Virus record (IMG/VR): IMGVR_UViG_3300031565_000038
Coordinates: 1 to 56,586 of that record
Length of the DNA: 56,586 nt
DNA from: a virus
Lineage: Duplodnaviria; Caudoviricetes
Reading direction: 5' to 3' (one strand)
A program made the translations under genes and the position numbers. Below, piece after piece: positions 25,174 to 33,806 of the stretch. The notes below the pieces were generated by a model. That model was not told where the DNA came from, made no database searches, and was given only the letters and a program-made list of their open reading frames with translations. Every line of letters begins with the position of its first letter. Position 1 is the first letter of the stretch.

Positions 25174-25210
25174 TACAAATATACGTCAACTAAATTACAT
25201 TGTCAAGTAA
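25174..25210 (-). promoter_or_regulatory. Duplicated promoter, copy 1
   Basis: TTGACA-17 nt-TATATTTG; 37 bp identical to 30589..30625. Confidence 0.75.
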
Positions 25211-25253
25211 TTAATGGTGTTTATTTAAAATAACAGCTAATTTATAACGTGTA

Positions 25254-25295
25254 TAAATAAAAAAGGGGCGTTAGCCCCTAATTCAACCAAACCAA
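25254..25295 (-). terminator. Intrinsic terminator in a 42-bp direct repeat, copy 1
   Basis: AGGGGC-TAAC-GCCCCT followed by a T-tract on minus; identical to 31124..31165. Confidence 0.75.
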
Positions 25296-25305
25296 AAAAC
25301 CAATA

Positions 25306-25968
25306 TCAGAAAAGTACCGATACACCCACTTTGGGAAGCACTTTTTTATCATAAAAAACAACGCCGCCCTGAAACCCCATGTTTTTTTTGAACATCCCGA
25401 ACTCAACATCATGGAGTACACCACCGTAACTGTACGATACATAGTGGTGGTATTTGTCCCTGTAAACTATCTTGTCCTTATAGATGGTTTCGTAGATTAT
25501 ATGCTCTTTTATTGCGGTCTTTTGTTTTAAGTCCCAATCGAAATCTACATTGAATATGCCGCCATAGTAGTCTATGGAGTACCTGAGTGTAAAATCATCG
25601 TTTTTAAAGGTGTCGTAAAGCGTTTTGGGTGTATTGTCTTCTTTTTGCAGATAAACGGTGTCATTGGGCTTCATTTCAGCCAAACGGCGCAATTTCCTCT
25701 CGTGGTCAAGCTTCGATTCAAAATTCCTTGTTATTGATCCGTTTTTGTCTTTGTAAAAGATCTCGACCTTTGTTTTTGCTTTTTCGAGTTTACTGTAGGA
25801 TTCATGCGAAGCCCTCAGTTTTTCGGACATGAAAACACTGTCCGATCTGTACTTTTCTATTTTAGAAGAGTATTGAGAGTTTTCTTTCTTTTCTGATTTC
25901 CAAAGAAAGAACAATGTTATTGCTATTGGCGCAATTATTACCAAAAGCCATTTTGTAAGTTTAGCCAT
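25306..25968 (-). CDS. Spanin-like lysis accessory protein
   Basis: N-terminal TM helix, coiled coil, beta-rich C terminus ending in F; follows the lysin. Confidence 0.5.
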   Translation of the reverse strand: MAKLTKWLLVIIAPIAITLFFLWKSEKKENSQYSSKIEKYRSDSVFMSEKLRASHESYSKLEKAKTKVEIFYKDKNGSITRNFESKLDHERKLRRLAEMKPNDTVYLQKEDNTPKTLYDTFKNDDFTLRYSIDYYGGIFNVDFDWDLKQKTAIKEHIIYETIYKDKIVYRDKYHHYVSYSYGGVLHDVEFGMFKKNMGFQGGVVFYDKKVLPKVGVSVLF

Positions 25969-26431
25969 TTTTAATATATTTTTCGTAAGTTTTTATGAAC
26001 CCGTCAACAGTTCCGGAACCCTTGTAAGTATTGTAACGTTTTTTCCATAATGCAGCCATTCCTTCAATGTCATGGATTTTAGGAAGTTTTTCTGGATATC
26101 TCCTATATTGGAATCTGCAAAAGCAAATGGAAAGCACATCGTTGTTTTCAAGGTACTCTGCCATTAAATCTTCAACACCAGCTTCTTTCATTACAAGATT
26201 CTTCAACATTGGGTTGTACTTCAAGAAATGCTGGATAATGTCATAAAATGTACTTGGTTCTATTTGACATATGCCCAATGCTGGACCGCCGCCGATCTGC
26301 TTCCTGTATTTCCCCATCAGGCTTTCTTTTGCGATCGTTCCTAATATAAGATATAGGGCTTCATCGGAATAAAGCCCTATTGATTTCAAAGTATCTGTTA
26401 TCAGCTTTTCAAGCTTTTTCCTTTCGATCAT
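25961..26431 (-). CDS. Endolysin (lysozyme/transglycosylase-like)
   Basis: IAKES..GGGPALGICQIEPST..WKKRYNT pattern; position after a holin-like gene. Confidence 0.7.
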   Translation of the reverse strand: MIERKKLEKLITDTLKSIGLYSDEALYLILGTIAKESLMGKYRKQIGGGPALGICQIEPSTFYDIIQHFLKYNPMLKNLVMKEAGVEDLMAEYLENNDVLSICFCRFQYRRYPEKLPKIHDIEGMAALWKKRYNTYKGSGTVDGFIKTYEKYIKNG

Positions 26432-26733
26432 TTCTTGTTAACCCCTAATGTTGTCTTGATATTTTTGTCAGCAATCTTTATAATGGATTTAAAAAGCTTC
26501 TGCCCGGTTATTCCAAAGCACATTGCGGTTATCTTCGTGAAGTCGAATCCATGAAGCATAAACTGGTCTGGTTTTAGTTCCAATGCCCAAATCAATACAC
26601 ATCCCGCCAGTACATTTGTAAATATACTGACAAAATATTTAAGTGTAAAAATACCTTTTCCAGTTGCTCCCACAAAATCTATAAGTGCATAAACCGTTGC
26701 ACCTATCAGTACTGCCAAATAAAGTTCTTTCAT
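26428..26733 (-). CDS. Putative holin
   Basis: Small protein with 2-3 hydrophobic segments and a basic C terminus; overlaps the lysin start. Confidence 0.6.
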   Translation of the reverse strand: MKELYLAVLIGATVYALIDFVGATGKGIFTLKYFVSIFTNVLAGCVLIWALELKPDQFMLHGFDFTKITAMCFGITGQKLFKSIIKIADKNIKTTLGVNKK

Positions 26734-26829
26734 AATGTTTTGTTTAAAATTTATGTAAAGGTAAGGTTTTTTTGTTTGAAAATCAAATATTGGTATCTGT
26801 GGTGCATATATTCAGTAGTTACCACACAT

Positions 26830-27123
26830 TTAAGAGTATGGTTGGTCAAATCCGTAATCTTCGCCAAATTCCTTTTCAAATTTTAAAGTTGCGTGTTCTT
26901 CACAAGTGGCTTCTATTTCTTTGGTTTCTAATATACCATCACGCTTCCAGCAATCAAAGAAGAATAAACGTGTGGTAACAACAGGTATAGTTAAATTTTC
27001 AACTCGCTTTAGTGCAAAATCTACACCTGCTTGGAATCCATTACCAAAGTATGCGTTACTTCCTGCTTTTTTATAGGCTTCATCTATGCCTTTTACTATT
27101 TCTTTTTCTTCAATCTGTATCAT
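26830..27123 (-). CDS. Cassette hypothetical protein
   Basis: ORF; start in loop. Confidence 0.65.
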   Translation of the reverse strand: MIQIEEKEIVKGIDEAYKKAGSNAYFGNGFQAGVDFALKRVENLTIPVVTTRLFFFDCWKRDGILETKEIEATCEEHATLKFEKEFGEDYGFDQPYS

Positions 27124-27181
27124 AATTTCTGTTCTTTTAAATCGTTAAAAATCAAACCATACCCAAACCGTTAGCCACCAT

Positions 27182-27505
27182 TTAACGACAGTCAAACGAT
27201 GGGTTGAAAATTGGTTGTTCACCAGAATTCCACGGCGATTTAATCCATATCCAACAACTATCTTGATTTCTTTTTATTCTCACATCGTTTTCTAAAACAT
27301 CTCTTTGTCCTTCAAAGTATGCTTGTTCTAATGCTTTCGTTACATCCGATTCTTTTACCACTCCGTAATCACAAGAAGTAAATAAAACGGTGGCTAACAA
27401 GGTGTATAAAAAATACCTTGCTTTTCTGGTAATTGAACTTTTGTTTTTCATATCAAATTTATTTTTAAAATTAAACATTATCTCTTTATTGTCGGTACTT
27501 TTCAT
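27182..27505 (-). CDS. Cassette lipoprotein-like protein
   Basis: LLATVLFTSC lipobox-like sequence. Confidence 0.6.
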   Translation of the reverse strand: MKSTDNKEIMFNFKNKFDMKNKSSITRKARYFLYTLLATVLFTSCDYGVVKESDVTKALEQAYFEGQRDVLENDVRIKRNQDSCWIWIKSPWNSGEQPIFNPSFDCR

Positions 27506-27525
27506 ACACCCGACATTAGGGCGAA

Positions 27526-27762
27526 TTAACGCACTATCAAAGTATCATCGTCTTGTATGGTTCTCATTTGTTCAGCTCCATTTTGAAACATCGGAGATTT
27601 TACAATTACGTGCGTTTGGTCTTTACCTAAACCCTCCCCGCAATGTGGGCATTTAGCATCTTCTAAAAGTTCAATTATAACTTGTCTTTGGTCGGTTTCT
27701 CCAATTACTTTTGCTGGTTTACCTTCCCACAATAAGTAATCTCCTAAGTTTGCGTTTTTCAT
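27526..27762 (-). CDS. Cassette hypothetical protein
   Basis: ORF; CPHC. Confidence 0.65.
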   Translation of the reverse strand: MKNANLGDYLLWEGKPAKVIGETDQRQVIIELLEDAKCPHCGEGLGKDQTHVIVKSPMFQNGAEQMRTIQDDDTLIVR

Positions 27763-28255
27763 ATCAAATAATTAACTCGCATTGTTCTTTAATTAATTCA
27801 GTAATCTTATTAACTAATATTTGTTTTTTTTTCATGATATTTCTGTTTAAGTTATACTTCACCCTTTACGGCATATAATACCATTGGTTAATTTAAAAAT
27901 TAACTAAGCCTTTTGCAGCGACCTCATCCGGTAAAGGATTGAAGTTTAACTTTCGTTATGCCGTACCATGTTTGGGTGTACAAGAGCATGGTTTTATTTT
28001 CTTCAATGCCGCAAATAACTCTTTATACTCTTTTTTTTGTTTCTGCTCGATATAATCAGCAATGGGGTTTTCGAGTCCGAACCCCGATGTCTGCAAATGA
28101 TAGCAGTCGAAAAGGCACAAACAAAGGGGCATTTAGACCCGAAATAATATTTTAGCTTGAATTGACTGCTATCAATTACAGCTACTAAAGTACAAAAAAG
28201 ATTCAATTATTCAAAGAACTACGTTAACTATTTTCAATATCTCTTATTCGGATAT

Positions 28256-28750
28256 TTAAATTTTATTATTATTATACAATCTATTTAATTGATCTATCAA
28301 ATTCTCATAACCGTTTTCTATCAAATATGTTTTAGCTTTTTTGTAATTAGCCTCTAATAAATCATTGTTGATAATTGTATTGATAAGTTTGGCTTTAGTT
28401 GTAATTGCATATCTCTTTCCTGCTGCATCTGAATAAATATAATTTATTTGATGAATGTACTTTTTTATTTTTTTACAGAAATTCATGTCATCTTTCAATT
28501 CCTTATCTAAACAAAACCTATTAATATTAAATGTTTCAAAAATTTTTGTTTTACCAATAATTCTATTTATAAAACTTTCATAAAGTTCATATTTATCTCC
28601 GCACCCTATACATCCAAAATAATTAATCAAATAAAAATCATTACATACATAACATAAAAACTTATTAGGGTTGTTTTCGCAAAGATTAAATATTGAATTT
28701 GAATGCTTAATGCAATAATCCGTATGAATATCTAAAATCAATTCTTTCAT
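28256..28750 (-). CDS. Hypothetical protein
   Basis: AT-rich ORF. Confidence 0.55.
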   Translation of the reverse strand: MKELILDIHTDYCIKHSNSIFNLCENNPNKFLCYVCNDFYLINYFGCIGCGDKYELYESFINRIIGKTKIFETFNINRFCLDKELKDDMNFCKKIKKYIHQINYIYSDAAGKRYAITTKAKLINTIINNDLLEANYKKAKTYLIENGYENLIDQLNRLYNNNKI

Positions 28751-28798
28751 TTATTTTTGGTTTGGTTTATTTACGTGGTGGTTCAGATAAATGTTGTT

Positions 28799-29131
28799 TT
28801 AAATTAAAACAAATCCATCACACAACAAATACAAAGATGCATCATGTATGTTCCCAAGCTTTATCAGCTCACCCTTTTCGTACCAAGCAGTTTTTAAGCT
28901 TATATTGTCTGGTTCATTATGCCAGCATACAGAACAGCTATCATCTGAGCTTAAGTCTTCTACAATTCCTATTATAAGTGGGTATTCCTTGGATGCAACA
29001 AATTCATGTAAGGTATAATGATTTGGCTCGTTATTGTGGTGGTTATAATATGTCTTACCCATGTAGTATGATTTTAAGTTTTTCTTAATTGTCAGTTTTT
29101 GATACTGGATTTTAAAGTCTTGTAGTTTCAT
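28799..29131 (-). CDS. Hypothetical protein
   Basis: Coupled to the rSAM stop. Confidence 0.6.
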   Translation of the reverse strand: MKLQDFKIQYQKLTIKKNLKSYYMGKTYYNHHNNEPNHYTLHEFVASKEYPLIIGIVEDLSSDDSCSVCWHNEPDNISLKTAWYEKGELIKLGNIHDASLYLLCDGFVLI

Positions 29132-30138
29132 TTTTTTTGTAATAAAACATTTAAATAATTATAATCCTTACAGCATAAATCAATACATTCTTTAAAAGAC
29201 ATCAGTTCTATTCCTTTATAAAACGACCCTGTTTGTTCAACAACAGCAAAAGGTGCTGCTGAACCAATATTTTCCATATTGCTGTCAATTACTTTTTTTC
29301 CAAATAAATGATGTGTAATATTATACGTTTGTTCAATAAATCCATCCATTCCATCAACTCCACAGCAATTTAATGAATCTGACATATCACGAAGCCTGTT
29401 TTCGGCGCAATAAAATTTCAATCCTACATTGTAGCATTCAGCTTTTATTTCCTTAAAATCATCAATTAACACTTGTCTTGGAAAACAACAATCTGCACCA
29501 ACTTTCACAAGCCCATCTTTCATACTTCGCCATTTCATGCCCTCAATTATAATTCCATGAACACCTTGTTTTTTGTATTCTGATAAAATCTGCAATAAAT
29601 ATTCCTTAGATTCTAAAATATACGGTTGAACACGAATCAAAAGTCGTTTGCAATTCAATGATATTTCTTGCAAAGAATTTAACCTTTGATTATAAGTAGG
29701 TGCATTTGGTTCTATTTCGTCAAAATCAGGAGAAATCATAGAAATCTGAATAGCTACGTTCATATTAGAAATCAATTTTAAATCTCGCTTTAAAACATTA
29801 ACCCCTTTTGTTGAAATAATCAAAGGGTAGTCAGGTTTTGTTTTTTCAATATATTCTAAAACTTTTCGTGTTCTTTTTTCTATCTTTTCAATAGGTTGAT
29901 AAGGGTCCGATAATCCACCTATATGTATAGGTAATTCTCTAGAACACCATTTAGTAAATTCATTTCGCTCTCCATTTATCCAATTCTTAAACGAAATCCA
30001 TCCGCCACCGTTTTTAATTTTAGTAATATTATTCCCTCTTTTTGCAAAACAATATTCGCATTCATGCGAACATCCTTTATAAGTATCAAAATTCAATGGA
30101 TTGCTGCAATGCAATATCTGACTTCCAGTTTTTATCAT
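29128..30138 (-). CDS. Radical SAM protein, spore-photoproduct-lyase-like family
   Basis: DTYKGCSHECEYCFA, GGLSDPYQPIE, ISTKG and EPNAPT motifs. Confidence 0.85.
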   Translation of the reverse strand: MIKTGSQILHCSNPLNFDTYKGCSHECEYCFAKRGNNITKIKNGGGWISFKNWINGERNEFTKWCSRELPIHIGGLSDPYQPIEKIEKRTRKVLEYIEKTKPDYPLIISTKGVNVLKRDLKLISNMNVAIQISMISPDFDEIEPNAPTYNQRLNSLQEISLNCKRLLIRVQPYILESKEYLLQILSEYKKQGVHGIIIEGMKWRSMKDGLVKVGADCCFPRQVLIDDFKEIKAECYNVGLKFYCAENRLRDMSDSLNCCGVDGMDGFIEQTYNITHHLFGKKVIDSNMENIGSAAPFAVVEQTGSFYKGIELMSFKECIDLCCKDYNYLNVLLQKK

Positions 30139-30352
30139 TTTCTAAAATATCTAAAATGTAATTACTTAATTTTTCTTTTCCGTGTAATTCAATAAACTCA
30201 TCTAAAATAGATATTCTGCTTTTTTTAAATGTTAATCTTACGGCTTTAAGTGGGCTTTTAGCTCGTACCGATTCTTTAAAATCACAAGGAGAACTCAAAT
30301 CTATTCCCCTTGTATCTAATTCTTCTATTTTAATTTTGCTCCAATGTTCCAT
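30086..30352 (-). CDS. Hypothetical protein
   Basis: ORF. Confidence 0.55.
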   Translation of the reverse strand: MEHWSKIKIEELDTRGIDLSSPCDFKESVRAKSPLKAVRLTFKKSRISILDEFIELHGKEKLSNYILDILENDKNWKSDIALQQSIEF

Positions 30353-30354
30353 TA

Positions 30355-30564
30355 TTAAAATCCTTCTGTCACGCGATTATAATTTCTTTTTCTATTTACT
30401 GTTGTGCAAACTTGGTTCTCGCTATTTATATAAACCAAACTTGAAGGTGATTCTAAGTTAAATCCGTATCCTTTTGCAAATGCTGTAATAGTTCTAATTC
30501 CATCACCATTTTTAATCATTTGTCTTACTTTTCTTGCTCCTGATGTTGCTATTGCTTTTGTCAT
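30355..30564 (-). CDS. Hypothetical protein, probably early-expressed
   Basis: ORF directly behind a promoter. Confidence 0.6.
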   Translation of the reverse strand: MTKAIATSGARKVRQMIKNGDGIRTITAFAKGYGFNLESPSSLVYINSENQVCTTVNRKRNYNRVTEGF

Positions 30565-30588
30565 TTTATTAAGTATTAATTATTACAC

Positions 30589-30625
30589 TACAAATATACG
30601 TCAACTAAATTACATTGTCAAGTAA
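30589..30625 (-). promoter_or_regulatory. Duplicated promoter, copy 2
   Basis: Identical to 25174..25210. Confidence 0.75.
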
Positions 30626-30692
30626 ATAGCTAATTTATAACGGGTATAAATAAAAAAGGGGCTTGCGCCCCCCAAACCAAATAATCATGAAA

Positions 30693-30959
30693 CTATTTTA
30701 GCTTACTATGCGTAATATTGGCAAAAGTCTGACCATTACCAACCATGACAAAGTACGTTGATCTCTTATACAATGCAACCAGTTTCATTCCTTCATTATA
30801 GGAAATAAAACCGTAAACATCCTGCTCGTCCATTTTCAATTTGACAAGCGATTTTTTGAAATCTTCTGGGTTTCTTTCTGCATCAAAAAGCAGATAGCTT
30901 TCTCCTAATATGGTGTTCCTTTCCATACCTTCAGAGGTAATCCTTCTTAGTACAAACAT
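30693..30959 (-). CDS. Moron-like hypothetical protein
   Basis: ORF with its own TATATTTG (31033..31040) and a downstream hairpin (30652..30673). Confidence 0.65.
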   Translation of the reverse strand: MFVLRRITSEGMERNTILGESYLLFDAERNPEDFKKSLVKLKMDEQDVYGFISYNEGMKLVALYKRSTYFVMVGNGQTFANITHSKLK

Positions 30960-31123
30960 ATATCTATTTATTTATAAAACGGGTACTCTGTAAAGTTTTC
31001 CCCTTCCCTTTTTTATTTAGTCTTTCAATTTACAAATATACAAAAAAAGGGGCAAAGCCACAATAATATATCATAACTGTAAATAATAGCAAAAACTGTA
31101 ATTATCTGCAAGCAAACTATCTT

Positions 31124-31165
31124 TAAATAAAAAAGGGGCGTTAGCCCCTAATTCAACCAAACCAA
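31124..31165 (-). terminator. Late-operon terminator, 42-bp direct repeat copy 2
   Basis: Identical to 25254..25295. Confidence 0.75.
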
Positions 31166-31173
31166 GTATTATT

Positions 31174-33756
31174 TTAATTTAAAAATTCCTTGTCAAATGC
31201 TTTGTCGGCTTCCTTGAAAGCATCTGTAAAGCCATTGCGTTTGCCATTTAGCTTTTTGATCTCTTTTAAGTTATTCCTTAAGCAACGTTGCCACTCGTTA
31301 TAATTTATAATAGTATAAGCTCCGCTTGACAAACCCCATTTTGGTTGAATATCACATTGAATATTACTGAGTTCTGTATTATCTTTTTTAAGATCGCTTA
31401 CTGCTTTTTTCAGTTCGTCAATCTGCTCCTGCTGCTCCTGAATAGCTTTTATCATAACTGGGATCAGCTTGTTGTAATCCATCCCGTAGAAACTGTTGGC
31501 TTCATCCGTTGGCTCGTTAACCGCTTCTGGTATGATATCAAGAACCTCTTGTGCCACCAACCCGATCTCTTTTCTTTGGCTGTTCTTTTCGAGCTTTACT
31601 TTGCCGTTCTCTACGCTTCCAGAGAACCTTGTGTAGGATTTCGGCTTTAGCTTCATCAGCTCCGCAAGCCCGTAGCTTAACGGCTTTTGGTTTTTCTTTA
31701 GCCTGTTGTCGGAATAGGTCAGGTAAGAGCCGTCAATATACAGGTCGCCGTTGCCTTTTAAGATAAATTTTGTGCTAAAATTATTCTTCATAACTGTAAT
31801 ATTGTCATCGTCTGCAAATGATGTAACCCCCGTACCGCCATCTGTTTTATAAGAAACAAGGCTTATAATACCAAGAGATGATCCAGATTCTGTTTGACCC
31901 GCAGCTCCTGCATATCCTGATATTATAACAGCCGGTATTGTTTCTGTAAACCCATCTATACCGATACCGCCATTTGCCGTATTAGCTTTCTTTAACCCTC
32001 CCCACGTATCTGCTTCTGCAAAATCTGTGAAAAGATGTGCTACATCTGAGCTTTTCCCTGTAAATATAAACCCATCGGCAGCACCTTGGTTCAACGTTAA
32101 CCCACCTTTGTCAGCATCTGGGGCGGTTTCGTTTACCCCCAAAATATAATTTCCAGTTGAAAGCGTATCAACATCTAAAGTCCAATAATCGGTGGTAGAA
32201 GGAGGCTGCCATGTACCAGTGCCGCTGCCATCACTTGTAAGAACATAATCGTTCGTTGCCCCAGTGGGTAACTTGAACCCCGTCATTGTAGCAGTCCCGT
32301 TAACGTCAAGCTTTGAGGTTGGGGTTACGCCAATACCAAAATCGCCTTCTTTGCTCAGCGTCATTTTGATATCCATGTCAACCGCATCGCCAGCAGTGCC
32401 AGAAGCCTCCTCTGTCCTGAAGAAAATTGCACCGTTGCTGAACTGGAAGCCAGCCGTCCTGCCGTCCTCCAAAAGCCTTATATCGCCTCCGTTAAAATAT
32501 GAGTTTACGAACATGAACCCGTTCACGTCAGAAAATGACTGGGTGTTGAAAGAGCCGATAAGTTGTGTCGGCATGCTCGTTGTATGCCCGATATAGTGTA
32601 TCGGATAGATCGGGTCTGGGTTGTTTATCCCTAAATTGCCGTCCTTTATAACAACAGTGCTGTCAAATGCGCTGTATAAAGTATCTGCATCTAAAGTCCA
32701 GCCGCTAGCCGTTCCAGCGTTCCTATCAACATAAGCCTTTATAGAATCACCTCCGACCATGTAATTGGCTGCATTTTCCAAGGAAGCTGTTATGTTTGTA
32801 AATATAGTGTCTGCCAAAATACCTCCATTTACTTCTAACTTTTCATCTGGAATAGCAACCCCTATCCCAACGTTGCCAGTAGGCATTATCCACATCTTTT
32901 TTGTTGGTGGAGCGTTATCAGAAGTTGCAAAAGTTAGCATTCCTTTATTGCTCGACCCGTTTTTGTCGCCAGATATGTATGCAAGTATTTTATCTGGCTG
33001 TAAGTTGGCGGCAGCCATATTAGCAAAATTAACCCTGCCAAAAGGAAGGTCGTCACCTGCCAGTATTCCACCAATACGCATTTCCCCTGCCACATCAGAT
33101 GTAGTTTCGATTATATCTAGCATTTTTACGGGAGAAATTATATTTATTCCAAGACGGTCATTGACTTCATCATATGCTGACGTTCCAAAAAATATACTTC
33201 CCTTGGTTGCGTTAGTTGTACTTGAAATTGTTAAGTCGTCACCAACTTCAATGCCTCCTATTACCGATTGCCCACCATCTACACCAGTCGAAAGATCGGA
33301 TGTTACCGTGTTGACAGACCTTGTTAAGCCAGTACTGAATATGAGATCATCGCACGCTCCCGAATTGTTGTCGATGAACGTAAGCCAGTTAGCCCTGTTG
33401 ATATTCGTTGAAGTCGTGTCGATTAAACTCTGTACGATATCTTGGCTTATCTGAGTCAGATAATCCGCTGCCCCTGACAAAGTAACCGAGTCGTGCAATT
33501 GATCCGTGAACACGAACTCCATGAAATCAGTCCCGTCCACAATATTGGACAATGTTGTATCACCGTCTTGCGCCAACTTTATAAGGTACGCCTTCCATGC
33601 CGTCAAATCTATAACTATGTTCCCTCTTGAAGTAAAATCGGTAAACGGTGTTGTATTGTTGAATATCCTGTCCACCCTCGTTGTCGAAAGCTGCCCGTAC
33701 ATCCCTATGGTAGTAAAAAGAGCCACCGCCATCAATAATTTTTTCATTTTAATCAT
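31174..33756 (-). CDS. Tail-fibre-like protein with C-terminal intramolecular chaperone (peptidase S74) domain
   Basis: SDNRLKKN..GLVAQEV..DYNKLIPVMIKAIQEQ; GNVGIG repeats; N-terminal signal-like peptide. Confidence 0.8.
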   Translation of the reverse strand: MIKMKKLLMAVALFTTIGMYGQLSTTRVDRIFNNTTPFTDFTSRGNIVIDLTAWKAYLIKLAQDGDTTLSNIVDGTDFMEFVFTDQLHDSVTLSGAADYLTQISQDIVQSLIDTTSTNINRANWLTFIDNNSGACDDLIFSTGLTRSVNTVTSDLSTGVDGGQSVIGGIEVGDDLTISSTTNATKGSIFFGTSAYDEVNDRLGINIISPVKMLDIIETTSDVAGEMRIGGILAGDDLPFGRVNFANMAAANLQPDKILAYISGDKNGSSNKGMLTFATSDNAPPTKKMWIMPTGNVGIGVAIPDEKLEVNGGILADTIFTNITASLENAANYMVGGDSIKAYVDRNAGTASGWTLDADTLYSAFDSTVVIKDGNLGINNPDPIYPIHYIGHTTSMPTQLIGSFNTQSFSDVNGFMFVNSYFNGGDIRLLEDGRTAGFQFSNGAIFFRTEEASGTAGDAVDMDIKMTLSKEGDFGIGVTPTSKLDVNGTATMTGFKLPTGATNDYVLTSDGSGTGTWQPPSTTDYWTLDVDTLSTGNYILGVNETAPDADKGGLTLNQGAADGFIFTGKSSDVAHLFTDFAEADTWGGLKKANTANGGIGIDGFTETIPAVIISGYAGAAGQTESGSSLGIISLVSYKTDGGTGVTSFADDDNITVMKNNFSTKFILKGNGDLYIDGSYLTYSDNRLKKNQKPLSYGLAELMKLKPKSYTRFSGSVENGKVKLEKNSQRKEIGLVAQEVLDIIPEAVNEPTDEANSFYGMDYNKLIPVMIKAIQEQQEQIDELKKAVSDLKKDNTELSNIQCDIQPKWGLSSGAYTIINYNEWQRCLRNNLKEIKKLNGKRNGFTDAFKEADKAFDKEFLN

Positions 33757-33806
33757 TTTAAATCGTTGTTAAGTTTATAATTTATTTGCGGCAAATGTAG
33801 TGATTT

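Larger units (their letters stand above)
26818..27785 (+). mobile_element. Minor cassette array (3 units; attC-like sites 26973..27176 and 27392..27521)
   Basis: gttaccacacattta vs taaacgtgtggtaac; gttagccaccattt vs aaacggtggctaac. Confidence 0.75.

Noticed and set aside
27860-28150. Hairpins between the 26818 array and ORF 28256
   Set aside because: Short inverted repeats only; no attC boxes or RNA family that I can support
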